A DNA stretch of 64,000 nt, from the NCBI GenBank assembly GCA_038747195.1, contig JBCDKA010000001.1, forward strand, positions 27,080 through 91,079. The letters are read 5' to 3'. A program made the position numbers and the translations under genes. Of the stretch, positions 40,613 to 49,886 are shown piece by piece (within the stretch, counting starts at the first letter, position 1; every line of letters begins with the position of its first letter). This DNA is from Pseudomonadota bacterium (lineage in GTDB: Bacteria; Pseudomonadota; Gammaproteobacteria; Xanthomonadales; SZUA-38). The notes under the pieces are model-generated. The model was given only the letters and a program-made list of their open reading frames with translations, was not told the origin of the DNA and did no database searches.

Positions 40613-41335
40613 TCAGCGGCGCTGATAGATCAGGTCGGTGACCTGGTGGCCCAGCTTCAGGCCGCGTTTTTCAAAGCGCGTCTCGGGCCGCCAGGCGGGC
40701 CGCGGAGACGGTTGCCCCGGCCCGGCAAGGTTTTGCAGCTCGGGCGAGGGCTCGATGACCGCCGCCATGTGTTCAGCGTAAGGCTGCCAATCGGTGGCCA
40801 GGTGAAACAACCCGCCGGGCGCCAGCGCCCGGGCAACGTGGCTGACGAAGTCGTGCTGGACGATACGGCGTTTATGGTGCCGGGTTTTGGGCCAGGGATC
40901 CGGGAAATACAGTCTCACCCCGGCGAGGCTGCCGGCCGGCACGTGGTGAGCTAGCAGATCGCAGGCGTCGTGGCAAAGCAGACGCACGTTGTCCAAGCCG
41001 CGCGTTTTGATGTCGATCAGCGCCGAGCCAAGACCGGGCCGATGAACCTCAACACCGAGATACAGGGACTCAGGATCTTCGGAAGCCATGGCCACCAGCG
41101 CTTCGCCGTTGCCGATGCCGATTTCCATGATGGTCGGTGAGGTAGGTGGCGCCAGCAGGCCCAGCGGCTCTCCGGCCTCGGGCTCAAGGCCGTAGGTCTC
41201 CCAGTGTGTTGTCAGCGCGTGTTCCTGCGCTTCGGTGGTGCGCCCCCGCAGAACAAAGCTTCGGACCGTGCGTCGGCCGCCCGTATCGCTGCCGCCGGGC
41301 GCCGGAATTGCGGGTCGTTCTGCTGCCTTCCTCAT
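40613..41335 (-). CDS. trmB: tRNA (guanine46-N7)-methyltransferase
   Basis: RSFVLRGR, EIGIGNG, GVEVHRPG, YFPDPWPKTRHHKRR, ATDWQPYA, TRFEKRG. Confidence 0.96.
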   Translation of the reverse strand: MRKAAERPAIPAPGGSDTGGRRTVRSFVLRGRTTEAQEHALTTHWETYGLEPEAGEPLGLLAPPTSPTIMEIGIGNGEALVAMASEDPESLYLGVEVHRPGLGSALIDIKTRGLDNVRLLCHDACDLLAHHVPAGSLAGVRLYFPDPWPKTRHHKRRIVQHDFVSHVARALAPGGLFHLATDWQPYAEHMAAVIEPSPELQNLAGPGQPSPRPAWRPETRFEKRGLKLGHQVTDLIYQRR

Positions 41336-41399
41336 GTGTCGGTGGTGCTTCTTATCGGGGCTTGCCGATCCAGGATTCCTGCCGGCAGCGCTGTGAAAA

Positions 41400-41665
41400 G
41401 TGTCCTGTTTGGAGAGTTCGTTGTGTTTCAGAGCCCCGTTGGGCGCCAAGAACAAGGCGCATCGCGCCGGCAATGGCCGTAGCCCTTGGCAAGCGATGCA
41501 ACGCGGTTATTGGTGCCCAAGGGGGCTCCCTTCGGGCGCGCACCACAAGGCCTGGAGCGGCGTTGCGAGCCTTGGCCAGGGAACCACCCTGGCCGGCGGC
41601 TCGCGCCTAACTCCAGGGCCTTGTGGACACGCGCTGAAATGCAACGAACTCTCCAAACAGGACAC
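41400..41665. mobile_element. 266-bp MITE/REP-like palindromic element with 32-bp terminal inverted repeats
   Basis: 41400-41431 gtgtcctgtttggagagttcgttgtgtttcag against 41634-41665 ctgaaatgcaacgaactctccaaacaggacac (30/32). Two long internal hairpins and no transposase. Confidence 0.7.
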
Positions 41666-41724
41666 CGGCTATTGTAACGCCGCCGCCGTAGGCTGAAAGC
41701 TCTGCGTTACAATACGCCAGAATT

Positions 41725-42510
41725 TTGGAACGACTCGTGATCAACAAACTCGACATTACCCGCAACTGGCTCCCTCGTTACACCTCCATGCCCCTGGATA
41801 AATTTGGCGACTGGGTGCTGCTGACCAACTTCTCCAACTACGTCACCACCTTCTGCGAGCGCTTCAGCTGCGAGCTCTATGGCGAGGGGCGGCCGATGCA
41901 GGCGGCAACCAACGCTGACGGCCTGACGATTATCAACTTCGGTATGGGGTCGCCCAATGCGGCGACCATGATGGATCTGCTGACGGCGATCCATCCGAAA
42001 GGTGTGCTGTTCCTCGGGAAATGCGGCGGGCTTAAGAAGTCCACGGAAATCGGTCATTTCATCCTGCCGATCGCCGCGATCCGCGGGGAGGGTACCAGCG
42101 ATGACTACCTCGACCCGATGGTACCCGCTCTGCCGTCGTTCAAACTCCACAAGTTTGTATCGGAGAAGCTGCGGGCTCACGGCCTGGATTACCGAACCGG
42201 CGTGATCTACACCACCAACCGGCGCGTTTGGGAGCACGACGATGGGTTCCACGAGCGGCTGCGGCAGATGACCTGTATCGGTATCGACATGGAGACGGCC
42301 ACCCTGTTTATTGTCGGCCACAAGAACGAAATCTCCCGCGGCGCGCTGCTGCTGGTGTCGGACGTCCCAACCACGCCGGACGGCGTGAAGACCGAAGAGT
42401 CAGATCGTGCGGTGACCCAGAACTGGGTGGACATGCATCTGAACCTCGGCATCGAGTCGATGACGGACATCGGCAAAACCGGCGAGAAAATCAAGCACTT
42501 TCAGTACTAA
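41725..42510 (+). CDS. amn: AMP nucleosidase (short, PNP/UDP-phosphorylase superfamily)
   Basis: NWLPRYT, LLTNF, INFGMGSPNAATMMDLL, LGKCGGLK, AIRGEGTS, TTNRRVWE, IDMETAT. The start may be the GTG a few codons later. Confidence 0.85.
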   Translation: MERLVINKLDITRNWLPRYTSMPLDKFGDWVLLTNFSNYVTTFCERFSCELYGEGRPMQAATNADGLTIINFGMGSPNAATMMDLLTAIHPKGVLFLGKCGGLKKSTEIGHFILPIAAIRGEGTSDDYLDPMVPALPSFKLHKFVSEKLRAHGLDYRTGVIYTTNRRVWEHDDGFHERLRQMTCIGIDMETATLFIVGHKNEISRGALLLVSDVPTTPDGVKTEESDRAVTQNWVDMHLNLGIESMTDIGKTGEKIKHFQY

Positions 42511-42555
42511 GGTTCCGCCGATCAAGCGGCTTGGGGAAGCGAGGAGAGACTGTCC

Positions 42556-43746
42556 TCACGTCGCTTGGGATCGCTTAGTCCTCAATCCTAGTACCAGAAT
42601 CAGTAAAGCCAGCAGTCCAAGGCTGAAGGGCCCGGTGCTCGGAACCGAGCGGGCCAGGGAAAGGCTGATCGAAAAGGATCCCGCAGTCCCGTTCGAGTAT
42701 CGACAGATCATCCGGCCGACAGCGGGCCCGGTCGGTGCCGCCGCAGCTTGAATCTGCAGCTGGAACGGCCGCACCCTGGAAATGTTGGTTCTCGCGAGGC
42801 TGGGTGACGAGAACACCCCGCCACCGTCGTCGATGAACTCACACGCTACGTCGAAGACCGAGGCGTTGTCGGCCTCGTTGCTGATAACAATCTCTTTGCT
42901 GTCCACTCTGCGCGAGTCCAATGGCGCAAAAGAAAGAGACAGCTCAGTTTCCGGCGCCGGACTGGGGCTCGGGGCGACGGCGCTCACATTACAGGTGATT
43001 TCTGTTGTGGTGGGTGAGTTGAGCCCCAGATGGGTGCATGTGTGTGTCGCGCTGAAGGTGCCCGGCGTTGGGCTGTTGCAACGGGCTGTTAGCTCAGCTT
43101 CCTCGAGATTCCGCAGCCGACTAGGCACGGGACCCTCGACGGCAATGGCGGGGTCACCCGAGAGGCCGCAGACGATGTTGTCCACGGTTCCGCTATCGGC
43201 CCTCAAGGTAAAAACTCGAGTCGCTGATGCGAGCGTGCCGACAGGATCGGGGAGTGTTTGAACGGGCCCGGAGCTCAATAGCACCGGCGCCTCGACGACC
43301 TCAATCGTTCCGTTGACCGAGCCATTGGGCGCTACTTCCTGTTGCTCAGTCGAAATGTAGAGTTCATTGAGAATCTGCACCGGTACTGACCCAAGCGGCG
43401 CGTCCGGGCTTACGTCGAAGCGAATTTGAAACGCCGGCGTTGCGTCGGACGCCACGTTTAGCCCAGGATCAAAATAGAGAATAGGAACAGGCTGATTGGT
43501 GGCCGGAAGCCGGCCACCGCAAGAAAAGCCGAGCGCACATTCTGAGCGGGTTACGGTAATGAACGGACTGGGAATCAGGACATCTATCTGTATGAGTGCG
43601 ACGTCAGATCCCGTTCCCAGGTAATTGCAAGCGACGGTGCCGCTGCTGCCAACAACGGCAGTCCCGGTACCGCACTGAAAGGCAGGCTGAGCAGCGACGT
43701 GTGCCCATCCCACCCAAAGCAAGAAAGTAAAAGTAGCGGTACGCAT
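42556..43746 (-). CDS. Secreted Cys-paired Ig/cohesin-like protein with IPTL-CTERM-like membrane anchor
   Basis: Signal peptide from ATG 43746, beta-rich domains with Cys pairs. C-terminus VPSTGPFSLGLLALLILVLGLRTKRS (motif + TM helix + basic tail). Confidence 0.7.
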   Translation of the reverse strand: MRTATFTFLLWVGWAHVAAQPAFQCGTGTAVVGSSGTVACNYLGTGSDVALIQIDVLIPSPFITVTRSECALGFSCGGRLPATNQPVPILYFDPGLNVASDATPAFQIRFDVSPDAPLGSVPVQILNELYISTEQQEVAPNGSVNGTIEVVEAPVLLSSGPVQTLPDPVGTLASATRVFTLRADSGTVDNIVCGLSGDPAIAVEGPVPSRLRNLEEAELTARCNSPTPGTFSATHTCTHLGLNSPTTTEITCNVSAVAPSPSPAPETELSLSFAPLDSRRVDSKEIVISNEADNASVFDVACEFIDDGGGVFSSPSLARTNISRVRPFQLQIQAAAAPTGPAVGRMICRYSNGTAGSFSISLSLARSVPSTGPFSLGLLALLILVLGLRTKRSQAT

Positions 43747-43997
43747 AATGAAATATACGACGCGGCCGCCGAAAACCCCTAAACGCAACTCCTGGATGCG
43801 CTGCGATCCTACTCGAATTCGTGTCTCACAGAGGCAAAGGCAGTAACTGGCAGGAGGCGGAGCTGGGGGTGGGGCTTGCATGAAGCGCGGCAGATATTCT
43901 TCTGGCTTCGGTCATGTCGGGACTGGCTAATTGATTGCCTCGTTGAATGCGTTGTGAACCCGCGCTAACGTGCAGCGACGGGCTGGAGGTTCCGCCG

Positions 43998-45317
43998 ATG
44001 CACATCAGATCCCTGGAAGACACCCCGTCGCTGAGCCTGGTGCTGGACATGCAGCGCGCCATGAGTCAGGCACAAAACGAAGGGGAGTTGGTCTACGGAT
44101 TCAGCCAGCGCTTTCACGAGATCGCCGGCGTCAGCGAGATTCTGGACCTCGCCGTTGTGCCCGGCGACCAGCGCGCCTTTCGCATCATGGATCGCATGGA
44201 TCTTGCAAAGGGTTGCGATTCGCCGCTCAGCATTCGCGCAAACTGTCGCTGGGATGAACCCCCGGACTCTGTCCCTGTGACCCGCGGTGGACTGATCGGA
44301 AAACTCATCGAAAGCGGGCAGCCGAAGATCGGCCTGAGCCTTGACCCATCGCAGGACCCGGCCCTCGCCGATTGGGTCGACGGCCCCCGGGACGCGCTGG
44401 CGGTTCCGGTCTATCTGCAGGGAGAGATCAACGAGTGGCTGATTCTGCTTCGCGAGCCCGGCCTGTCGCTGGACGCGATGCAGCTGCGGGTCATCATCTC
44501 GGTACTCAACATGCTGTCGCGCAGCGTTTACCAGCTCAAGCTGACTCGCCAGGTCTCTGAGCTCCGGGACCGCCTGGAGGTCAAGCTGGATGAGATTGCC
44601 GGTGCCCAGCAGGCAATTCTGCCGGATCAGCTGCCACAGCACCCCGCGCTGGACGTGGCCGTTCACTATCGGCCCTCAGACTACGCCGGGGGCGATTACT
44701 ACGACTTTCGAACGTTTTCGGATGGATCCTTGGGCTTTGTGATTGCCGACGTCGCGGGTCATGGTCCCGGTGCCGCAGTCGTGATGGCGATGCTGCGCAC
44801 CGCCATGATGATCTTTCGGGGTATGGATCTCCCGACAGTCGACGTCGTCGAGAAGGTGAATCGCCTGTTCGTCGAAAGCCTCGGGCGAGGTACTTTTGTT
44901 ACCGTCTTTTTTCTGCGCATTTACCCGGAAACGGGACGGGTCATGTACGTCAATGCCGGCCACAGTCCGGCGCTGCTGCTGCGAGGCGACGGCAGCGTAT
45001 CGCGTCTGGATTCGGCTGGCGGGCCGCCCCTAGGGATCATCCCCGACGTCGCCGTGGTCGGCGGGGAAGCGCAGCTTGCGGAAGGTGAGGCCGCGGTGCT
45101 TTACACCGATGGCTTGACTGAGTGTCGAAGCCTGAGCCACGAGCAGTTCGGTGAGCACCGTCTCCTGGCGGCGCTTGGCGCCGCTGAGAGGAGCGCACAG
45201 GGGCTGGTCGACAAGGTGCGGGAAGCGGTTGATGACCACAGTCGCGACTGCCCGAATTCAGACGATCAGTGCCTGGTGGTCGTGCTGAACAGCGCTAAGT
45301 CCGGCCCACGGGCCTGA
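43998..45317 (+). CDS. PP2C/SpoIIE (RsbU-like) serine phosphatase with GAF-like N-terminus
   Basis: GGAGG SD. AQQAILP, AGGDYYD, IADVAGHG, NAGH, YTDGLTE, DDQCL. Confidence 0.92.
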   Translation: MHIRSLEDTPSLSLVLDMQRAMSQAQNEGELVYGFSQRFHEIAGVSEILDLAVVPGDQRAFRIMDRMDLAKGCDSPLSIRANCRWDEPPDSVPVTRGGLIGKLIESGQPKIGLSLDPSQDPALADWVDGPRDALAVPVYLQGEINEWLILLREPGLSLDAMQLRVIISVLNMLSRSVYQLKLTRQVSELRDRLEVKLDEIAGAQQAILPDQLPQHPALDVAVHYRPSDYAGGDYYDFRTFSDGSLGFVIADVAGHGPGAAVVMAMLRTAMMIFRGMDLPTVDVVEKVNRLFVESLGRGTFVTVFFLRIYPETGRVMYVNAGHSPALLLRGDGSVSRLDSAGGPPLGIIPDVAVVGGEAQLAEGEAAVLYTDGLTECRSLSHEQFGEHRLLAALGAAERSAQGLVDKVREAVDDHSRDCPNSDDQCLVVVLNSAKSGPRA

Positions 45318-45464
45318 TCTTTGCGTTGGACCCGGCGACATTTCTACCGCCAGCTCGAGATTTGGGGCGTTGCGGACTTGGCAAAAGTTGCTGTTTTTCA
45401 TCGCCGGCGTGCGGCTTCCGCCCGGGGCCGGTATGTTGCTCATACCCCGACTGCCCGGTCCATT

Positions 45465-46775
45465 ATGGTGACTTATCGATCCGGTTTTCTGACGCTGTTT
45501 GCGTGCCTTGTGGTGATGCCAGCGCTCGTCCAGGCTCAAGATTTTGAAATCTACGTCAGCGATGCCGGCGGCCTCAGCAGTCCGCCCTGGCAGATCCTCA
45601 AGTTCGATCAGAACGGTGAAAACCCGGAGCTATTCACCGATGAGAACCTTGCTTGGCCCCAGGATCTGCTGTTTCTGGAGGACCAGGGTGTGGTGCTGAT
45701 CTCCAATCTCAACAGCAATCTGATCAACCGGCACAACGCTGAAACCGGCGCATTTATCGATTCGTTTGCGATCGACGCGAGCGGTCCGACCCGAATGAGA
45801 ATCGGACCAGACGGGCTCCTCTACGTGCTGCAGTGGACGGGCTCTGGTCGGGTAAAACGCTATCAGCTTGACGGCACGCCGGCGCCAGACTTCACCACCA
45901 CAGGCGTTTCGCAGAGCATCGGCTTGGATTGGGACGATGAAAACAACCTGGTCGTTGCCTCGTTTGATCAAGCCATCGTGCGTCAGTTCAGCAGCCAGGG
46001 TGCGGACCTCGGTGAGCTGATCAACGCCACTTTGCAGGGACCCACCAACGTGTGGTTCGAGGGTGGCGGGGATCTGCTGGTGCTTGATTGGCAGGGCGGC
46101 GCCATCCGCCGGTTTGACGCCGGCGGATCGTTTCTCAGCAACTTTGCCACCGGCCTTAGCCAGCCTGAGGGTATCGCGCAGCTGCCGGGCGGCGACCTGC
46201 TCATCGGTAACGGGGGCACGTCATCGGTGCGGCGCTATACCTCGGCGGGCACGCTGGTTGGCGACTTCATCGCATCGGGCACCAGCGGGCTCATCCAGCC
46301 CAACGCGGTGGTGATCCGTCCGCTTGGCAGTCCGTTTGCGATCAATGCCGGACTCAACGACGCGTGGTTCAATCCGGCCACCAGCGGCCAGGGGTTCCTG
46401 GTCAGCGTTTTTCCGGATCTCGGGCAAATGTTTGTGGCGTGGTTTACCTTCGATAGCGAGACGCAGCCCGGCAACACCGCCACTCTGGGCGGCCCTCAGC
46501 AGCGCTGGCTGACGGCTCAGGGCCCTTACGAGGGCAACACGGCAACGCTGACGGTTTTCTCCAGCACCGGCGGTGTCTTTGACAGCGCCGAGCCTGCGCC
46601 AGAGACCGACGGCGCGGGCGAGGGCACTCTCACGGCGACGTTTTCCGGCTGCGCCGCCGGCACCATGACCTATAACCTGACGAGGCTGGGTTTGGCCGGA
46701 GCTATCCCCATTCAGCGCGTCACCAACGACAACGTGGCGCTCTGCGAATCGCTTGCCCAGGCTGCACGGCGCTAA
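45465..46775 (+). CDS. Secreted NHL/Vgb-type beta-propeller protein with C-terminal 'AWFNPATSGQG' domain
   Basis: Signal peptide, GPDGLLYV/QPEGIA repeats, C-terminal INAGLNDAWFNPATSGQGF..AWFTFD..QRWLTAQG..C...YNL..IQR. Confidence 0.75.
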   Translation: MVTYRSGFLTLFACLVVMPALVQAQDFEIYVSDAGGLSSPPWQILKFDQNGENPELFTDENLAWPQDLLFLEDQGVVLISNLNSNLINRHNAETGAFIDSFAIDASGPTRMRIGPDGLLYVLQWTGSGRVKRYQLDGTPAPDFTTTGVSQSIGLDWDDENNLVVASFDQAIVRQFSSQGADLGELINATLQGPTNVWFEGGGDLLVLDWQGGAIRRFDAGGSFLSNFATGLSQPEGIAQLPGGDLLIGNGGTSSVRRYTSAGTLVGDFIASGTSGLIQPNAVVIRPLGSPFAINAGLNDAWFNPATSGQGFLVSVFPDLGQMFVAWFTFDSETQPGNTATLGGPQQRWLTAQGPYEGNTATLTVFSSTGGVFDSAEPAPETDGAGEGTLTATFSGCAAGTMTYNLTRLGLAGAIPIQRVTNDNVALCESLAQAARR

Positions 46776-46875
46776 CCAAGATCAGTGGTGCATTGCGCCG
46801 TGGGAAGCGCTCCCGGCCCTGCGAAGCGGTTTGACGAGCGATCGGTTCGGTCGCGCGATGTGAAACCTTGCGCTG

Positions 46876-46904
46876 CTGACCGCTCGTCGATTCGGCGCTA
46901 TAGT
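46876..46904 (+). promoter_or_regulatory. Putative sigma70 promoter for tRNA-Gly
   Basis: CTGACC-17 nt-TATAGT, 23 nt upstream of the tRNA. Confidence 0.45.
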
Positions 46905-46927
46905 TGGCGTTCGCCGGAACGCGCCTC

Positions 46928-47001
46928 GCGGGTGTAGTTCAATGGTAGAACCTCAGCTTCCCAAGCTGATGACGTGGGTTCGATTCCCATCACCCGCTCC
47001 A
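46928..47001 (+). tRNA. tRNA-Gly (CCC)
   Basis: GCGGGTG/CACCCGC acceptor stem, TCAGC-TTCCCAA-GCTGA anticodon arm, GGTTCGATTCC T-arm, encoded CCA. Confidence 0.97.
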
Positions 47002-47102
47002 CTCTCTCAACGCTTTCCCTAGGCACTGCCCGAGGATGTCTCGTCGTGTGATTCGGGTTTGGATATCTGTGCCAGCTGAGTGTCGGCGTGACTTCATGGG
47101 TC

Positions 47103-47131
47103 AAAAAAAAGCCAGGCGCGGTGCGCCTGGC
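47103..47131 (-). terminator. Rho-independent terminator of the SulP gene
   Basis: gccaggcgc-ggt-gcgcctggc hairpin followed by U8 on the minus strand, 27 nt after the stop. Confidence 0.85.
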
Positions 47132-47157
47132 CTTGTTTACCGGGTTCTGCGCGAGAG

Positions 47158-48837
47158 TCAGGTTTGACCTGCGGTGGCTAGCTTGCCATCCGGACTGCCG
47201 GCACCTGTCACCTCAGCCAGCGCGGCTTTGAGTGCCTCCAGGCGGGTGGCATGGGTAGTATCACCCGGGATGCAGTGGTCGGCGTTCAGGCCGGTAATGA
47301 CCCGCTTCACCTCATCACTCATGCCCGTCACGTAGAGCGTCTTGTGGGCCGCCTTCGCGTCGCAGGCAATCGTCTCGACGGCTCTGGCCGCTGAAACGTC
47401 CATGAAGGGCACTCTGGAGAAATCCAGCACGATCGCGGCCGAGTGTTCGCGAACCCGCTCGCGGACCGTGTGACCGACGTCAGCTGCGGCGCCGAAACTC
47501 AACGGGCCGCCGAAGTCGAACAGCGTGATTTTGCCTTTCGCCTGATCCAGGATTTCCTGTTCCTCCTGGGTGGTGATGTCGCCGGCGGTGCTCTTGAAAG
47601 ACTCAAGCTGCTTGTCGGCCATCCGCTTAACGAACGCCAGCGCGGCGAGAATCACGCCGACGGCCACGGCGGTGATCAGGTCAACAAACACCGTCAGCCC
47701 CAGCACCAGCACCATCAGCGCCAGGTCCCAGCGCGGCCCCTGATGCGCACGCTTGAGGTAGCTGACGTCGACGATGTCATAGCCCACCTTGATCAGGATG
47801 CCGGCGAGCACGGCGTGCGGGATTTGTGAGGCGAGCGGCGACAGACTGAGCACGACCGCCAGCAGGATCAGCGAGTGCAACATGCCGGAAATCCGGGTTT
47901 GACCCCCGGTGCGGATGTTCACCACAGTCCGCATGGTCGCTCCGGCGCCCGGAATGGCGCCAAACAGGCCAGCGATCGTGTTGCCTACGCCCTGACCGAC
48001 CAGCTCCAGGTCGGAGTTGTGTCGGGTTCGGGTCATATTGTCCGCGACCAGGGAGGTCAGCAGGCTGTCGATTGCCCCCAGCAGAGCCAGGATGAAGGCC
48101 GCTTCCAGCACAATCAGGAACGTGTCCTGGGTGAAAGACGGAATGATGAAAGACGGTAGCCCCGTGGGGATGTCGCCCAGAATCGGAGCGCCCTTGAGCA
48201 CCAGGCTCAGCAGCGTGCCGATAATCAGGGCGGCCAGCGCGCCGGGAATAAATTTATTCAGCGTCTTGGGCCAGAAGAAAATCACGCCGAGCGTCACCAG
48301 GCCGATGATCAGCGCGCTGTAGTTTGGATCCATGACGGCCCCGGGGATCGCGATGAGCGCCGGCACGGTGCCGCCGCCTTCCGGCTCGTGGCCAAACAGC
48401 CGGGAAAGCTGCAGCGCGATAATGATGCAGCCGATGCCGCTCATGAAGCCGGACACTACCGGGTAGGGCACCAGCCGGATGTACTGGCCCAGGCGCATCA
48501 CGCCGAACGCAATCTGAAGAAGGCCTGCCAACACCACCGCGGCAAAGACCAGCGCGGGATTGCCGGCCAGCGAGGCAAACACGCCGGCGAAGACCACGAC
48601 CATCGGACCGGTCGGTCCCGAGACGTTTGAGCCGGTGCCGCCGAACAGGGACGCAAAGAAGCCCACAATAATGGCGCCCCACAGGCCCGCGATGGGGCCG
48701 GCCCCCGACGCCTCGCCGAAGGCAAGGGCGAGCGGCAGAGCGACGATGCCCGCGGTTATACCGCCGAAAACGTCACCCCGCATATTGCTGAAGTCAAACC
48801 AGGGTGTGCGCTCGGATGGTTGTGTGTCGGTAGTCAT
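47158..48837 (-). CDS. SulP/SLC26 anion transporter with STAS domain (BicA-like)
   Basis: GDVFGGITAGIVALPLALAFG, SGPTGPM, AIDSLLTS, GAGATMRT, STAS GPLSFG..LDFSRVPFMDVSA. Confidence 0.93.
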   Translation of the reverse strand: MTTDTQPSERTPWFDFSNMRGDVFGGITAGIVALPLALAFGEASGAGPIAGLWGAIIVGFFASLFGGTGSNVSGPTGPMVVVFAGVFASLAGNPALVFAAVVLAGLLQIAFGVMRLGQYIRLVPYPVVSGFMSGIGCIIIALQLSRLFGHEPEGGGTVPALIAIPGAVMDPNYSALIIGLVTLGVIFFWPKTLNKFIPGALAALIIGTLLSLVLKGAPILGDIPTGLPSFIIPSFTQDTFLIVLEAAFILALLGAIDSLLTSLVADNMTRTRHNSDLELVGQGVGNTIAGLFGAIPGAGATMRTVVNIRTGGQTRISGMLHSLILLAVVLSLSPLASQIPHAVLAGILIKVGYDIVDVSYLKRAHQGPRWDLALMVLVLGLTVFVDLITAVAVGVILAALAFVKRMADKQLESFKSTAGDITTQEEQEILDQAKGKITLFDFGGPLSFGAAADVGHTVRERVREHSAAIVLDFSRVPFMDVSAARAVETIACDAKAAHKTLYVTGMSDEVKRVITGLNADHCIPGDTTHATRLEALKAALAEVTGAGSPDGKLATAGQT

Positions 48838-49024
48838 CGGGTTTTTACTCCCCAAGCCTGGCAGACGGCGCAAAGGAATAGCGCTCCCGGCGACTGGCCG
48901 GGTGCCAGCCGCTCAAAGAGCACCGGTTTCTCGGGAAATACTTCGTTCGTTAATCGGACTACGCCAGCTGAAAACTTAGGCATGATTCTCCTCGACCTTA
49001 CAATTTTGTTTTTTTGGTTAACCG

Positions 49025-49384
49025 TTATTTCTGTACGGGAACAGCGCCCCACAACTGGCGGGCGGATTTGATTTCTGCGGCGGATATCGCCGACATGCGG
49101 CCTTCGACAAAGGCCAAACCGTTGACGATCCAGTCAGCAATTTCGGGCTGGACCAGGTGGTAGTAGTGATGCCGTCCCTCGCGTCGTTCATCGACGATAC
49201 GGTGGGCTTTCATCAGGCTCAGATGCTGGGAAATCCGGGTAGCGGTGAGTTCCAGCGCCGCCGCAATGGTGTTGACATCTTTCTCATCGCCCCGCAGCTC
49301 TTCGATGATCCGCACCCGATCGGGATGAGAGATGGTTTTTAGTATCTGAGACAGCTCTTTGGCGATAATCGCGCGGCTCGGCAA
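49025..49384 (-). CDS. ArsR/SmtB family transcriptional regulator
   Basis: LKTISHPDRVRII, ISQHLSLMK, RREGRHHYY. Confidence 0.9.
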   Translation of the reverse strand: MPSRAIIAKELSQILKTISHPDRVRIIEELRGDEKDVNTIAAALELTATRISQHLSLMKAHRIVDERREGRHHYYHLVQPEIADWIVNGLAFVEGRMSAISAAEIKSARQLWGAVPVQK

Positions 49385-49396
49385 GACTTAAAACCT

Positions 49397-49424
49397 TAAT
49401 ATATTCAAAGTTGCGAAGATATTA
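49397..49424. promoter_or_regulatory. Putative ArsR operator (imperfect 12-2-12 inverted repeat)
   Basis: tAATATATTCAAA-GT-TGCGAAGATATTa about 13 nt upstream of the arsR start. ArsR/SmtB operators are typically 12-2-12 palindromes. Confidence 0.6.
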
Positions 49425-49609
49425 GCGTGACGAGATATTTGTGTCATGAGATTTCATCAACCTCACCACAAAATGTCGGCAGGGTGTTGAGCGGGAGCGG
49501 CGAGCGGAGTGCCAAACGGAGAAAAGCCCCGAATTAATGCAGATGTTAACGAGCAGTTACGTTTCGTTTAACCAATTCTTAATACAAATGTTAGTACTCT
49601 AATCCTGCA

Positions 49610-49735
49610 CTCGCTAACGAAACAACCACGACCCATGATCTGGGATTGGCAGATCGGGTCACGGTAATCGGGGCAGTAGCTCAAGGGCTCAAGCAAGGAG
49701 TTTGGTCAGCACTCCTACTTGGGCCCTTTCTTTAT
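49610..49735 (+). ncRNA. Candidate small RNA / attenuator (two hairpins + U-rich tail)
   Basis: Hairpin 49630-49660 (gaccc..gatctg / cagatc gggtc). Long hairpin 49683-49728 (aagggctcaag..aggagt / actcct..cttgggccctt) followed by TCTTTAT. AT-rich promoter-like DNA upstream. 5' end is a guess. Confidence 0.45.
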
Positions 49736-49886
49736 ATAAGAATAAGAACGATACCGCACTACTTTATCCAACTGCCAGTACGGGGGGCTAAACCCGGTGG
49801 AGCAATCGTCGTTCGCGACGGGCTGAAAGAGCGCGCCATAGTTGCGGGTCTCCTCCCCAATGCACTCTCCCGGGTAAAATGCACTG

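Noticed and set aside
41400-41665. CRISPR mini-array
   Set aside because: The 32-bp repeats are inverted rather than direct, only two are present, and there are no cas genes.
46928-47160. tRNA-Gly as an integration site for a genomic island
   Set aside because: No integrase nearby, and I saw no duplicated tRNA 3' end in the window.
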